64,000 nt of DNA from Patescibacteria group bacterium (lineage in GTDB: Bacteria; Patescibacteriota; Gracilibacteria; UBA4473). A program made the translations under genes and the position numbers. The stretch spans positions 8,235 through 72,234 of the forward strand of contig CBFIAK010000002.1 of NCBI GenBank assembly GCA_965660445.1. The letters are read 5' to 3'. The notes below the pieces were generated by a model. The model worked only from the letters and a program-made list of their open reading frames with translations, was not told the origin of the DNA and ran no database searches. Of the stretch, positions 48,600 through 58,033 are shown one piece after another (positions within the stretch are counted from its first letter, which is position 1; every line of letters starts with the position of its first letter).

Positions 48600-49778
48600 T
48601 TATTGGCTTGCGAGTGAACGGCTAAATTCGAGTGGTTGTCCTGCAATGCGACGGAGTTCATTTCGATTCGCCTCATAGGCGAGTTGGTATTCCCATTCTT
48701 GTGCGAGATCTTGTTGTTGGTTTTCAAGAATTTGATTCAGTACTTTTTTTGTTGACGGTCCTACTTTTCCTGCGCCTAAAGCGTTTTTACTCCGGATAAT
48801 ATTGTGAGCGATTTGAAAATCAATGAGTGCGTTTTTTGTAATAGGGCCAAAGTATCCCGTTGGATGAACCATCATGAATTCTTCTTGTACCAATATGTTT
48901 TGAAGTTTGAAAACTTCATGGTTTCGAGTACCTGTTGATAATTCGTTTTCAAAATGAAAACTATCCCATGCTTCTTTTATTTTTTCTTCAACACTCTTTT
49001 TATACAGTACTTCGGTTAGTTTTGCTCGTGTTTGTGGACCAAAGACCCCTGCTCCGATATCTGTTTTCTTCTCAACTACAAAGTGTTGTTTCTGAAACTG
49101 AAATACTCCCTCTTTTACTTTTTCATTATAGATACCATCTTGAAATCCTTCATAGAGTCTTAACGTGTGAAGTGCTTGTTGGAGTAATGCGACTTTTTCT
49201 CCACTGTTTCCAAAAGAAAGATTCGTATTGAATATCGGACGTTGTGGCAAATCAATAATGTCTCCTAGTTGTGGAGGAACTTCGAAATTCATAAATACAC
49301 GTATATCGGCATTACTTGGATATACAGTTCCTTTCTTTTGTTTTACGCCCCAAGCAAGCGCTCGGAGGAGTCCTTCTTCGCCATATCCCATCCAAATATC
49401 AATACGATCATGTTGAGCGAGCGTTGTCTTGCCGGCTTCTACAATAGCTCCTCCTCGGTCATGAACCATTCCGCATCCAACCCCCTCAAAACAAATTTTC
49501 GTACCAAATGCATAGCTTTTTGGAGCAGCAATCATTCCCGCATATACAGGCGTTCCATCAGCTCCGGCAATACCTTCCCCATTGAGTCGTTTTTCCGATT
49601 CATACGTTCCAGTAATATAAAAGTTTTGGTTTGGAAGTGGTGAATAATACCCTGTTATAGTGAACATTCTTTGTTCCCCTTGAGTTTGTGCTTGTGCATA
49701 TTGAGTGTGACTGAGTATTGAAAAACAGAAAACAAGAAGTGTTGAAAATGGTATGCTTTTTAATTTTGAAAATCTCAT
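48600..49778 (-). CDS. Secreted 3D-domain (MltA-like) cell-wall hydrolase with peptidoglycan-binding repeats
   Basis: Signal peptide. FTITGYYSP....NGEGIAGADGTPV...GMIAAP, VHDRGGAIV and RIDIWMG give the three-Asp 3D domain. Two PG_binding_1-like repeats follow (G.KV..LQQAL...L..G..DG.Y). Confidence 0.7.
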   Translation of the reverse strand: MRFSKLKSIPFSTLLVFCFSILSHTQYAQAQTQGEQRMFTITGYYSPLPNQNFYITGTYESEKRLNGEGIAGADGTPVYAGMIAAPKSYAFGTKICFEGVGCGMVHDRGGAIVEAGKTTLAQHDRIDIWMGYGEEGLLRALAWGVKQKKGTVYPSNADIRVFMNFEVPPQLGDIIDLPQRPIFNTNLSFGNSGEKVALLQQALHTLRLYEGFQDGIYNEKVKEGVFQFQKQHFVVEKKTDIGAGVFGPQTRAKLTEVLYKKSVEEKIKEAWDSFHFENELSTGTRNHEVFKLQNILVQEEFMMVHPTGYFGPITKNALIDFQIAHNIIRSKNALGAGKVGPSTKKVLNQILENQQQDLAQEWEYQLAYEANRNELRRIAGQPLEFSRSLASQ

Positions 49779-49906
49779 AACACTTTTGATATAAAATAAA
49801 AATGATTGAGTTGTATAAAAAAAATATACTATTTTTTACAAAATAGTAATTTTTCTGTATTGATTTTCTGTTGTTTTTTATGGTTTTATAACCTTTCAAG
49901 GCGGAG

Positions 49907-50335
49907 TTATTTTTGTTCCCATTGTAAGAGTTCTTGGAATATTTGGGTTTCTCGAATACTCTTAAAATCAGGATCGTCTTTGGCTAAGTCAACTGCATAA
50001 TTATGAATAAAGACGGCTTGGGTTAGTGTATGGAGTGCTTCTTCTGTGTTGCCAAGCTTTGCAAATGCACAGGCTTTATTATAGAGTGACTCAAACCGAT
50101 GAGGTATTATTTCGAGGGAGATATTGTACCAATGAATAGCTTTTTCGTATTCTTGTTGATAGAAAAATGAATCTGCTTTTATGCGAGCATCATACTCTTG
50201 TTGAAGTGTTGTGTTGATATTGTGTTGCGTGTTTGGTTTTTGTTGAGCTTGCGAAATAGAAATGCCCATAAGAATCAGCATAACGAGGCATAGTGTTTGG
50301 AACTGAGGAGAAAAAAATTTCATATAGAAAAACAA
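49907..50335 (-). CDS. Secreted TPR-repeat protein
   Basis: Signal peptide plus TPR-like repeats (YEKAIHWYNISLEI.P....LYNKACAFAKLGN.EEAL). Confidence 0.7.
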   Translation of the reverse strand: MFFYMKFFSPQFQTLCLVMLILMGISISQAQQKPNTQHNINTTLQQEYDARIKADSFFYQQEYEKAIHWYNISLEIIPHRFESLYNKACAFAKLGNTEEALHTLTQAVFIHNYAVDLAKDDPDFKSIRETQIFQELLQWEQK

Positions 50336-50386
50336 GAGAAAATAAGAAGTGTTTGTTTTTATATATGTGTTTGAAAAATGAATGCC

Positions 50387-51055
50387 TTATTCAACGAGTG
50401 TTAAAAACTCCTCATTATCCCATAAGTTTTGAAGGTCGGTGTCTTCAACGGCAAATGTCTTTGCTTCTGAGTTGAGTTCAAATGCTATACGGAGATGACG
50501 TAATGCATCTGCTTCGTTTCCCATAAGTGCGTATATGCAGGCTTTGTTGTAATATGCGGGAAAATTGTCTTGAGTGATAGCAAGTGATTGATCGTATATA
50601 TTTAATGCTTCTTCATATTGTCCAAGTTTTAAAAGAGCGGCTCCTTTATCGCTTAAAAAGTTTGAATTGTTGGGTTCCATTTCAATCAGTTGATCATATT
50701 GAGTAATAGCTTCTTCGTATCGTTCGAGTGTGTAGAGAATACGAGCTTTGTTATTGATTGGTATTTTTCGCATATCTTCAGGGGCGATCTCTAAAGCAGA
50801 CTCAAACATTTCGAGTGCTCCTTCAAAATTTCCACTCGTGGCTTGTTGCATGCCTTTTGTAATGAAGTTTTGCGTTGCTTGACGGTTGATTGATTCCACA
50901 GAAGCGCCAAGCTTTTCATTTGTTGCTTGTGGTATTTCCATCTGAGACGTTGTATCTTGTGTTGCCGTATCGATGGGTGCATCGAATTGCGTAACACGAT
51001 TTGAGCTACATCCAGTAAGAAAGAGGAGGATAAGAAATGCGATAGTATGTTTCAT
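50387..51055 (-). CDS. TPR-repeat lipoprotein
   Basis: Lipobox LLFLTGC at the N-terminus and four or five TPR repeats (G.YEEAL..YD.SL.I.......YYNKACIYALMGN). Confidence 0.75.
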   Translation of the reverse strand: MKHTIAFLILLFLTGCSSNRVTQFDAPIDTATQDTTSQMEIPQATNEKLGASVESINRQATQNFITKGMQQATSGNFEGALEMFESALEIAPEDMRKIPINNKARILYTLERYEEAITQYDQLIEMEPNNSNFLSDKGAALLKLGQYEEALNIYDQSLAITQDNFPAYYNKACIYALMGNEADALRHLRIAFELNSEAKTFAVEDTDLQNLWDNEEFLTLVE

Positions 51056-51090
51056 AATGTTTAATAAAAAATAAAAAAAATCGAAATATG

Positions 51091-52536
51091 TTAAAATCCC
51101 GCTTGTCGGGTTTTTTCAAGGTTATCAAATTTCATACGTGCACGATCAAATAAAATAGAAACTCGTCCGATGTCACCATTTCTGTGTTTTATAATATTGA
51201 GTTCGAGTTCGTTTTTTCGTTCAGAATCTTCATTGTAGTAGTCATCTCGGTAAAGCATAACAACAATATCAGCATCTTGTTCGATAGATCCAGATTCTCT
51301 TAAATCAGAGAGTACGGGGCGTTTATCGACTCGACTTTCAACATTCCGAGAAAGCTGAGAAAGGGCAATGATTGGAATATGAAGTTCTCGTGCGAGTTGT
51401 TTTATGTTTCGGGATATATCTGATATTTCTTGGACTCTGTTCATTGGGTTTCCTCCGCTCATGAGCTGGAGATAATCGATAATGAGTAAATCAAGTCCGT
51501 GTTCCATTTGAAGTCGTCGTGCTTTTGCTCGGAGTTCTGTGATGCTTCCTCCCATTGTATCATCAATAAATATAGGAGCTGTTGAGAGCTCCTCCATAAC
51601 GGTTCCCATGCGCATGAAATCGGATTCATCAAGTTTTCCTTTATGGAGTTTCCATGATTCTATCCCAAGTCGACTACAGAGCATTCGATCGACAAGTTGC
51701 TCTTTTGACATTTCGAGCGAAATAACCCCCACTTTTTTGTTTTGTTCAATGGCAGATCTCATTCCCATCTCAAGAGAGAACGCGGTTTTTCCCATAGAAG
51801 GACGGGCTGCAACAATAATGAGATCTGAGGGACTAAATCCACCATTGAGTTTGTTATCTAAGTCTCGGAAAGATGTTCCGATTTTGTTTTTATTCGCGAG
51901 TTCAGGGTTTTCGTTGATTTCACAAAATTTTTCATAACTGGCGGTAAGGATTTCTCGAATAGGGATAAATCTATCTTTCAGAAATGTTTGAGAAATAGAG
52001 AAGATTCTTTTTTCAGCCGCTTCGAGTAGTTCCTCGATATTTTTTTCCATATCGTACCCGAGATTGGTGATTTCATTTCCCGCTTTGATGAGTTTTCGTA
52101 GTGTTGCTCGGTGTTTTACAATTTGTGCGTATTGGAATATATGGTTTCCAATCGGGACTTCGTTTGAAATTTCTGCTAGATACTCAGCACCACCAATAAG
52201 TTCAAGTTTCTCAGATGCTTGTAATTTTGTAGCAAGAGTAATCAGATCAATAGGTTCTGCTTTATGAAAAAGATTTAAACAGGCAGCATAGATGTATCCA
52301 TGATGATCATGGTAGAAATCTTCTGAAGAAAGGAAATCGGCAATTTGTATAATTGCTTCTTTGCTTTGCAAGAGTGACCCCAGTACAGCTCTTTCGGCAT
52401 CAAGTGCTTGGGGGACAACTTTTTTCCCGAGTTCAGTGGTGTTGTACTGACGCATCAAAGACTCAATAGCACTTGTGCTATTGCTTGATGTTTTTTGTAC
52501 ATCAGAAGAAGGAATACTCATGGAAAAGTGAAACAA
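51091..52536 (-). CDS. dnaB: Replicative DNA helicase DnaB
   Basis: P.ALDAERAVLGSLL, ARPSMGKTAF (Walker A), LLIIDYLQLM (Walker B), SQLSR and RNG. The ORF-track start is a TTG at 52536; the ATG at 52521 is an alternative. Confidence 0.95.
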   Translation of the reverse strand: MFHFSMSIPSSDVQKTSSNSTSAIESLMRQYNTTELGKKVVPQALDAERAVLGSLLQSKEAIIQIADFLSSEDFYHDHHGYIYAACLNLFHKAEPIDLITLATKLQASEKLELIGGAEYLAEISNEVPIGNHIFQYAQIVKHRATLRKLIKAGNEITNLGYDMEKNIEELLEAAEKRIFSISQTFLKDRFIPIREILTASYEKFCEINENPELANKNKIGTSFRDLDNKLNGGFSPSDLIIVAARPSMGKTAFSLEMGMRSAIEQNKKVGVISLEMSKEQLVDRMLCSRLGIESWKLHKGKLDESDFMRMGTVMEELSTAPIFIDDTMGGSITELRAKARRLQMEHGLDLLIIDYLQLMSGGNPMNRVQEISDISRNIKQLARELHIPIIALSQLSRNVESRVDKRPVLSDLRESGSIEQDADIVVMLYRDDYYNEDSERKNELELNIIKHRNGDIGRVSILFDRARMKFDNLEKTRQAGF

Positions 52537-52647
52537 AGAGGGGAATTGGTTCCTTTTTGTTGTACGTATTTTTACCGGTTTTGTAAAGTTTTCTTTTTGT
52601 GAGATACTCTTTTTTTGATAGAGTAATGATGTTTTTTACTTTCTTTC

Positions 52648-53904
52648 ATGATTACTTTTGATTTTCAAAATATGCTTTCTGTTTTGCGTATGGAATCTGT
52701 TCAGGATTGTGCTTTGCAGGAAGAATCTATACAATTGCTTCAGAACCGTTTTATGAGTCGGAATCAGCGATTTTATGCCGCTCTTGATGAAGATGCTTTA
52801 TTGGTGCAAATGGAATCGTTTGTTGATTCTTTATCTGATATGTATACAGATATTGTCCTTCTTGGTATTGGTGGTTCGGCTTTAGGGCCGAAAACTATTC
52901 GTGATGCATTGGGATCAAAGAATAATCGTCGATTGCATGTGTATGAAAATATTGATCCAGATTTTGTGTGTCGACATTCTGAAACGTTTGATCTTGAGAA
53001 TACGTTGTTTTTAGTGGTGAGCAAATCGGGAAAGACAACAGAAACACTGGCACAATATTTTTATTTTTTAGAACGGATTCAGCAAACAAATCGGAACCCT
53101 CAACACCACTTTGTGTTTATAACAGAAGAAGGTTCATTGCTTCATGAGGAATCACAACGATATAATGCCCCTTTTTTTCCTATTGCAAAAGATATTGGAG
53201 GAAGATTCTCGGTATTTACTCCTGTAGGAATTCTTCCGGCTTTACTTTTAGGAATTGATGTACAATCTTTTTTACAAGGAGCAAAAGATATGAGAGTTTC
53301 ATTTTTTGAGCATTCGTGGGAACAAAATATACCTGCACAAGTAGCACAAATACAATTCCTCTCTCTGATGAAGAAAAGAACAAAAAATGTATTCATGCCA
53401 TATATTCATTCTTTACGGACGTTTTCAGATTGGTTTGTTCAATTAGTTGCAGAATCAACTGGCAAGACGAATGAAAATGGGGAAAAAGTAGGTATCACTC
53501 CTATTCCAGCTTTAGGTGCGACTGATCAGCATTCACAACTTCAGTTGTTTTCAGAAGGGCCACGGGATGTATATGTGTTTTTTGTGAAGTCAAAAACGGC
53601 TTACAAGGCAGACCCCTTTGTTGTTCCTGAACATTTTCGTTCAGAATATTCTTTTTTAAATGGTATTTCTTTTCATACATTGCTCAATACACAGCATCAA
53701 GCAACATCGGATTCTTTGGTGGAATCTGGATGTGGAAATGCTACGTTTGTTCTGGATTGTTTAGATGCGTATCATTTAGGGGCTCTTTTCTTTTTGTTTT
53801 TAGGCAGTACGGCTTACGTGGGTGAATTGATGGATATTGATGCTTTTAATCAACCAGGGGTAGAGCGATCAAAAGTGTTGACGCGTCAATACTTGAGTGC
53901 ATAG
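52648..53904 (+). CDS. pgi: Glucose-6-phosphate isomerase (short bacterial/archaeal type)
   Basis: LLGIGGSALGP, VVSKSGKTTETL, IGGRFSVFTPVGILPA and ATDQHSQLQL. Confidence 0.9.
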   Translation: MITFDFQNMLSVLRMESVQDCALQEESIQLLQNRFMSRNQRFYAALDEDALLVQMESFVDSLSDMYTDIVLLGIGGSALGPKTIRDALGSKNNRRLHVYENIDPDFVCRHSETFDLENTLFLVVSKSGKTTETLAQYFYFLERIQQTNRNPQHHFVFITEEGSLLHEESQRYNAPFFPIAKDIGGRFSVFTPVGILPALLLGIDVQSFLQGAKDMRVSFFEHSWEQNIPAQVAQIQFLSLMKKRTKNVFMPYIHSLRTFSDWFVQLVAESTGKTNENGEKVGITPIPALGATDQHSQLQLFSEGPRDVYVFFVKSKTAYKADPFVVPEHFRSEYSFLNGISFHTLLNTQHQATSDSLVESGCGNATFVLDCLDAYHLGALFFLFLGSTAYVGELMDIDAFNQPGVERSKVLTRQYLSA

Positions 53905-53977
53905 GTTTTCGAGTTGCATTTCTTTTGGCGCATTTTATACTATCGGCACATATATTTTGTTTTTTAATTTTTTTCTT

Positions 53978-54268
53978 ATGGGCATGTTTTCACAAATGGG
54001 CGATATGTATCGTCTTCAAAAAGAAGCGAAACGGTTAAAACAAGAACTCGCTCAAACACATATTTCTGCTGAAGAGTCAGGTGTAAAAGTAGTTGTGAGT
54101 GGAGAGCAAGAAGTTATTTCGTATGAGATACTCGATGATACTTTATTGGGTGACTCAAAAGCGTTAAGTTCGGCAACGGTCAAAGCGATGAATAAAGCCA
54201 TGAAGAAAGCTCAAACCATTGCTGCTGAAAAAATGAAACCAATTATGGGAGGGTTAGGACTTGGATAG
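53978..54268 (+). CDS. YbaB/EbfC-family nucleoid-associated protein
   Basis: About 96 aa: M..MY.LQKEAKRLKQEL......AEESGVKVVVSGEQEV....ILD..L, typical YbaB. The start was trimmed to the ATG at 53978. Confidence 0.7.
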   Translation: MGMFSQMGDMYRLQKEAKRLKQELAQTHISAEESGVKVVVSGEQEVISYEILDDTLLGDSKALSSATVKAMNKAMKKAQTIAAEKMKPIMGGLGLG

Positions 54269-54301
54269 GTTTTCAATGGTATAACGAAAATATTTTAAAA
54301 G

Positions 54302-54333
54302 AAAACCGCTGATATTGTGTCAGCGGTTTATTT
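54302..54333 (+). terminator. Rho-independent terminator
   Basis: aaaccgctga-tattgtg-tcagcggttt followed by a T-rich tail. Confidence 0.65.
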
Positions 54334-54363
54334 GATCTGAATCTTCCCCTAAAATTTAAAAAA

Positions 54364-54627
54364 TCAATGTGTTTTTGGAATCCTGTTTCTTCTGAGGTGT
54401 CCAATTGATCGATATTCTATTTGTTGTAACGCGAAATAGGCAACATCGGTATTTTCACTTTTACTTAATTTTCGAAGTGTTTGGATGTTGGTGTTGGCAT
54501 TTTGAGCTACTTGTATCAAAATTTCGGGATCTTCTTCTGTTGAAAGCATATCAAGAACGTTTGGTTGTCTTGATTGCTGTGCTTTTCTTGCCTTTTCTGC
54601 ATTGGATAAGTTGTCCACGTTGTTCAT
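54364..54627 (-). CDS. Small hypothetical protein
   Basis: 87-aa ORF with no signal peptide. It has a helical-repeat-like sequence but no firm motif. Confidence 0.45.
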   Translation of the reverse strand: MNNVDNLSNAEKARKAQQSRQPNVLDMLSTEEDPEILIQVAQNANTNIQTLRKLSKSENTDVAYFALQQIEYRSIGHLRRNRIPKTH

Positions 54628-54794
54628 AAATGCTCCTTGTTTTTTAGTTTTGTAAAAAAATAGAAAAAATATTCGTTTTGGGAAAGATCACAGATTTAGT
54701 CTTAATGTATATTGTTTTGTTATTCTGTCAATTGTTGTGTTCTTGATTCTTTTTTCTTTTTTTCTATTATTTGTTTCACTAGATTTTCTTTTTT

Positions 54795-55763
54795 ATGAAA
54801 AAAATAATTTTTCTTTGTTTCCTTTTTGTAAGTCTTTATTTTGGTGGTCGTGTTGCATTGGTATGGAATGTGCAAAACTCTGATTCTACTCAAAGAGTAT
54901 CTTTTTCTATTCGCCCAGGTAGTTCGTTGAAATCAATTGCAGAACAACTTCATCAAGAAGGTCTGATTCGTGATCCTTTTGTGTTTGAGCTTTTTGTGCG
55001 TTGGCATGATCTATCACAGAAATTACAAGCGGGGGATTATGTAATTCCTCAAAACTTAACGCATGCAGAACTTGTTGATATCTTGCAGAGAGCGAAAGCA
55101 CAAGAAATACAACTGACTATTCCTGAAGGTTTTACAATTGCACAAATTGATGATTTGCTCGTTCGAAAAGCATTGATAGAACCTTTATCATTTATTGACT
55201 GTGCACAAACGTGTGATTTAGGGTTTCGTATCCCATCACTTGAAGGATATCTGTTTCCTGCAACGTATGCTATAAACCCAAAAACATTTACACCTGAAGG
55301 ATTTATTCGTCGTTTGTATGGAGAGTTTCAAAAACGTGTTGAGCCTTTTCGTGCAGAGATTGAGTCATCAGGACGAACACTGGATGATATTGTTATCATG
55401 GCCTCTATGATTGAGCGAGAGGCCGTTTATGATGAAGAAATGGCTATGATTTCTGATGTATTGTGGAAACGAATTGATGAAGGGATAGCATTAGGTGTTG
55501 ATGCCACAACGCGGTACGAAATTAATGATTGGAAACGCCCTCTTTATACAGCTGATTTTCAAAAGGATACTCCATATAATACCCGAATACGAAAAGGTAT
55601 GCCTCCAACCGCTATTTCAAACCCTGGAATAAGAGCTCTTCAAGCGGCGATTATGCCAGAACCAAATCCATACTATTTTTATCTTCATGATAGTTCGGGT
55701 GGGATTCATTATGGGGTAACGTATAATGACCATTTAGAAAACAAGCGTCGGTATATCGACTAA
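54795..55763 (+). CDS. mltG: Endolytic murein transglycosylase MltG (YceG-like)
   Basis: N-terminal TM, IPEG.T, ASMIEREA, YNTR...G.PPTAISNPG and YYFYL. Confidence 0.88.
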   Translation: MKKIIFLCFLFVSLYFGGRVALVWNVQNSDSTQRVSFSIRPGSSLKSIAEQLHQEGLIRDPFVFELFVRWHDLSQKLQAGDYVIPQNLTHAELVDILQRAKAQEIQLTIPEGFTIAQIDDLLVRKALIEPLSFIDCAQTCDLGFRIPSLEGYLFPATYAINPKTFTPEGFIRRLYGEFQKRVEPFRAEIESSGRTLDDIVIMASMIEREAVYDEEMAMISDVLWKRIDEGIALGVDATTRYEINDWKRPLYTADFQKDTPYNTRIRKGMPPTAISNPGIRALQAAIMPEPNPYYFYLHDSSGGIHYGVTYNDHLENKRRYID

Positions 55764-56083
55764 TCTTTGGAGTTTGATTCATTATATTTTGACCAATCCC
55801 ATTCTCTTTTTTTGTTTTGTTCTAATTTTTTGTTCATCTCGAGAGATGTATCTATCTCAAATATACCACATAAATGCAGTGTTCTTTGGAGTACATCGAT
55901 AAGTTCTTCCTTAAACCCGTGTGGACCGTCTATGTTTTTCTTACGGTATGCATCATAGGCTTCCGATACTTCAGAATGTAGAAGGGCAATTTTTTCTCCA
56001 ACATTGATATCATCAGGAGTTACTCCAAACCCTTTTTCTTTTGCTTGTTGAAGTATGCGATTCTGAAGATCTTGAATATCCAT
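55760..56083 (-). CDS. Small MazG-like nucleotide pyrophosphohydrolase
   Basis: 107 aa. LHSEVSEAYDA (ExxE) and EELIDVL (ExxD) helices are typical of all-alpha NTP pyrophosphohydrolases. Confidence 0.6.
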   Translation of the reverse strand: MDIQDLQNRILQQAKEKGFGVTPDDINVGEKIALLHSEVSEAYDAYRKKNIDGPHGFKEELIDVLQRTLHLCGIFEIDTSLEMNKKLEQNKKREWDWSKYNESNSKD

Positions 56084-56406
56084 TACGTTAGGACTTTATC
56101 ATACAAAAACCAAATCATCACGAGAACGAGGAATGCCATCGTAAAAAATCGCATATAGTATGATCGAATCGCTTCGTTTATTTCAGTTTCTTCTTGTGCT
56201 TTTTGTTGTGTTTTTTGGTCTTCGTTAAATGCGTTGTTATAGAGAAATTCTTGAATGTGTGATATTGTGTTTGTTTCTTCTTCTTGTAATTCTTGGTTTG
56301 TGATATCGGGTGCTTGTGCCAAAACAACATCGCTGGTGATACACACAGTAAACCCGTAAAACATCAAAAGCAAGACGATGGGAATTGTGTATATGTTGGT
56401 ATTCAT
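56083..56406 (-). CDS. Small bitopic membrane protein
   Basis: The ORF-track start of 56580 reads through tRNA-Lys. Trimmed to the ATG at 56406 (MNTNIYTIPIVLLLMFYGF...), with a second TM at the C-terminus. Confidence 0.5.
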   Translation of the reverse strand: MNTNIYTIPIVLLLMFYGFTVCITSDVVLAQAPDITNQELQEEETNTISHIQEFLYNNAFNEDQKTQQKAQEETEINEAIRSYYMRFFTMAFLVLVMIWFLYDKVLT

Positions 56407-56507
56407 CGTCTGTATGGTATCACTTTTTGAAAACAGTACAAACATAAAAAAAACATTACTCGATTCTAGAATCTCGTAACGTGAATCGAGTCCCGTCTTT
56501 GGCGATC

Positions 56508-56583
56508 TGGTGGGTTGGGTGGGGCTCGAACCCACGGCCAATGGCTTAAAAGGCCACTGCTCTACCGACTGAGCTACCAACCC
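56508..56583 (-). tRNA. tRNA-Lys (anticodon UUU), CCA encoded
   Basis: The reverse complement folds as GGGTTGG-TA-GCTC-AGTCGGTA-GAGC-A-GTGGC-CTTTTAA-GCCAT-TGGCC-GTGGG-TTCGAGC-CCCAC-CCAACCC-A-CCA. Confidence 0.92.
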
Positions 56584-56630
56584 GATTTATGAAATGATAT
56601 CGATATTGAAACGTATATGTGTGGACAAAG

Positions 56631-56707
56631 TGGTGGAGCCTAAGGGATTCGAACCCTTGACCCCCTGCTTGCAAAGCAGGTGCTCTAGCCAGCTGAGCTA
56701 AGGCCCC
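56631..56707 (-). tRNA. tRNA-Ala (anticodon UGC), CCA encoded
   Basis: The reverse complement folds as GGGGCCT-TA-GCTC-AGCTGGCTA-GAGC-A-CCTGC-TTTGCAA-GCAGG-GGGTC-AAGGG-TTCGAAT-CCCTT-AGGCTCC-A-CCA. It contains the G3:U70 alanine identity pair. Confidence 0.92.
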
Positions 56708-56714
56708 GTTTTTC

Positions 56715-56957
56715 TTATCCTGAAAATCCGGGAATAAATTGTCCAATGGTTCCGGCAATGAACCATTCTAAACCACCAGTAACATGCATAAACGAAAATA
56801 TAGAAAGAAGCAACCCAAACAGTTTTATAAATGTATACGTGCCACCCGTGCCGAATACTTTTTCGGCAAACGGTATTTGACCTGTAAACGTATCGACGAC
56901 TATATCAGCTTTCAGCAAGATATAAATGCCGGTGGGAATGAGTAACCATGCAATCAT
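56715..56957 (-). CDS. Small membrane protein (2-3 TM)
   Basis: 80-aa hydrophobic ORF directly upstream of the tRNA pair. Confidence 0.5.
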   Translation of the reverse strand: MIAWLLIPTGIYILLKADIVVDTFTGQIPFAEKVFGTGGTYTFIKLFGLLLSIFSFMHVTGGLEWFIAGTIGQFIPGFSG

Positions 56958-57049
56958 GTATTTTCTGCTTCAAAGAACGAACGCCGAACCATAATAAAAA
57001 AAAAGATTTTTCTGTCAAAAATATTTGAAAAAAACTATTTTCCTTTATA

Positions 57050-58033
57050 ATGACTATTGTGAAAAAACGTATTCTTGTTTTCGTTATGGCGGTTGCTTTT
57101 ATGAATGTTTTTTGGATTCCGATTGCGTTTCCTCAAGCACCAAATCCGAACGTATCGCGTCCAACACTTTCAAAACCAACAGAACGAACAACGAACCAAC
57201 TTCCACTTTTAGGTGAAGATCGGTACGATTCTATTATAAAACGGAACATTGTGAAAGACATTGTTGATGTGTCGCAAGGTCAATCAAGTGAGTCGATTAT
57301 TCGAACGTTGTTTCAACGGCGTGAAGGAGCGAGATCACCTATTGTTATTGCAAATGTGCTTTTCGGTGTTGCGGCTTTAATTTTTCTTATTTCTATTGGG
57401 GCTCGTTTTATTTTTGCAGATGGAAATGAGGAATCATTAAAAACGGCAAAGTTACATTTTGCGTATCTTGTTCTTGGTTTAGCTATTATTTCTCTTGCTG
57501 AGTTCGTTGCCTTTACTCTTATAGATCCTATCAATGAGAGTTCTCAACCGATGTTAACATCTGGAAATACAGCTTCTGCATTAGGTGAAAAGGCAGAGCA
57601 AATTATTGATTACGTACAGATTCTCATTACAGGAGTCATGCTCCTGCTTTTGTCTATTTCTGGGTATAGTCTTATTGCTTCCGGTGATGAAGGGGAGAAG
57701 CGATTAGAAGACGAAAAAAACTTTTTAAAAACCTTCTTTTTTGGGGCAGCATTGATTTTGCTTTCTGAATCGATTGCACTTATTGCGAGTGATCGACATC
57801 CGCAGAATGCTATTTTTAAAGCACAAAACGAAATACTCGGGTTTGTGAATTATGCTTTATCTTTTGTAGCGGTGACGTGTTTTGTGATGTTGATTCTTGC
57901 TTCGTTTTATTTTGTGACCAGTCTTGGAAATGATGATCAGATGCAACGAGCAAAGAAAATAATTCTGTCGTGTGTACTTGGTATTATTGTCGCCATTTCT
58001 AGTTATACTATTGCTAGCTTTATGATTCGATGA
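57050..58033 (+). CDS. Membrane protein made of three tandem VirB2/TrbC-like pilin modules
   Basis: Signal peptide followed by three copies of TM - (S/A).G(N/D)(E/D)... (A)K..I....G - TM, for example FYFVTSLGNDDQMQRAKKIILSCVLGIIVAISSYTI. Confidence 0.6.
   Translation: MTIVKKRILVFVMAVAFMNVFWIPIAFPQAPNPNVSRPTLSKPTERTTNQLPLLGEDRYDSIIKRNIVKDIVDVSQGQSSESIIRTLFQRREGARSPIVIANVLFGVAALIFLISIGARFIFADGNEESLKTAKLHFAYLVLGLAIISLAEFVAFTLIDPINESSQPMLTSGNTASALGEKAEQIIDYVQILITGVMLLLLSISGYSLIASGDEGEKRLEDEKNFLKTFFFGAALILLSESIALIASDRHPQNAIFKAQNEILGFVNYALSFVAVTCFVMLILASFYFVTSLGNDDQMQRAKKIILSCVLGIIVAISSYTIASFMIR

Noticed and set aside
56407-56758. The N-terminal extension of ORF 56083..56580, and ORF 56546..56758.
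   Set aside because: Both read through tRNA-Lys and tRNA-Ala (VEQWPFKPLAVGSSPTQP, ALAQLARAPALQAGGQGFESL). They are artefacts, so the downstream CDS was trimmed to 56406.
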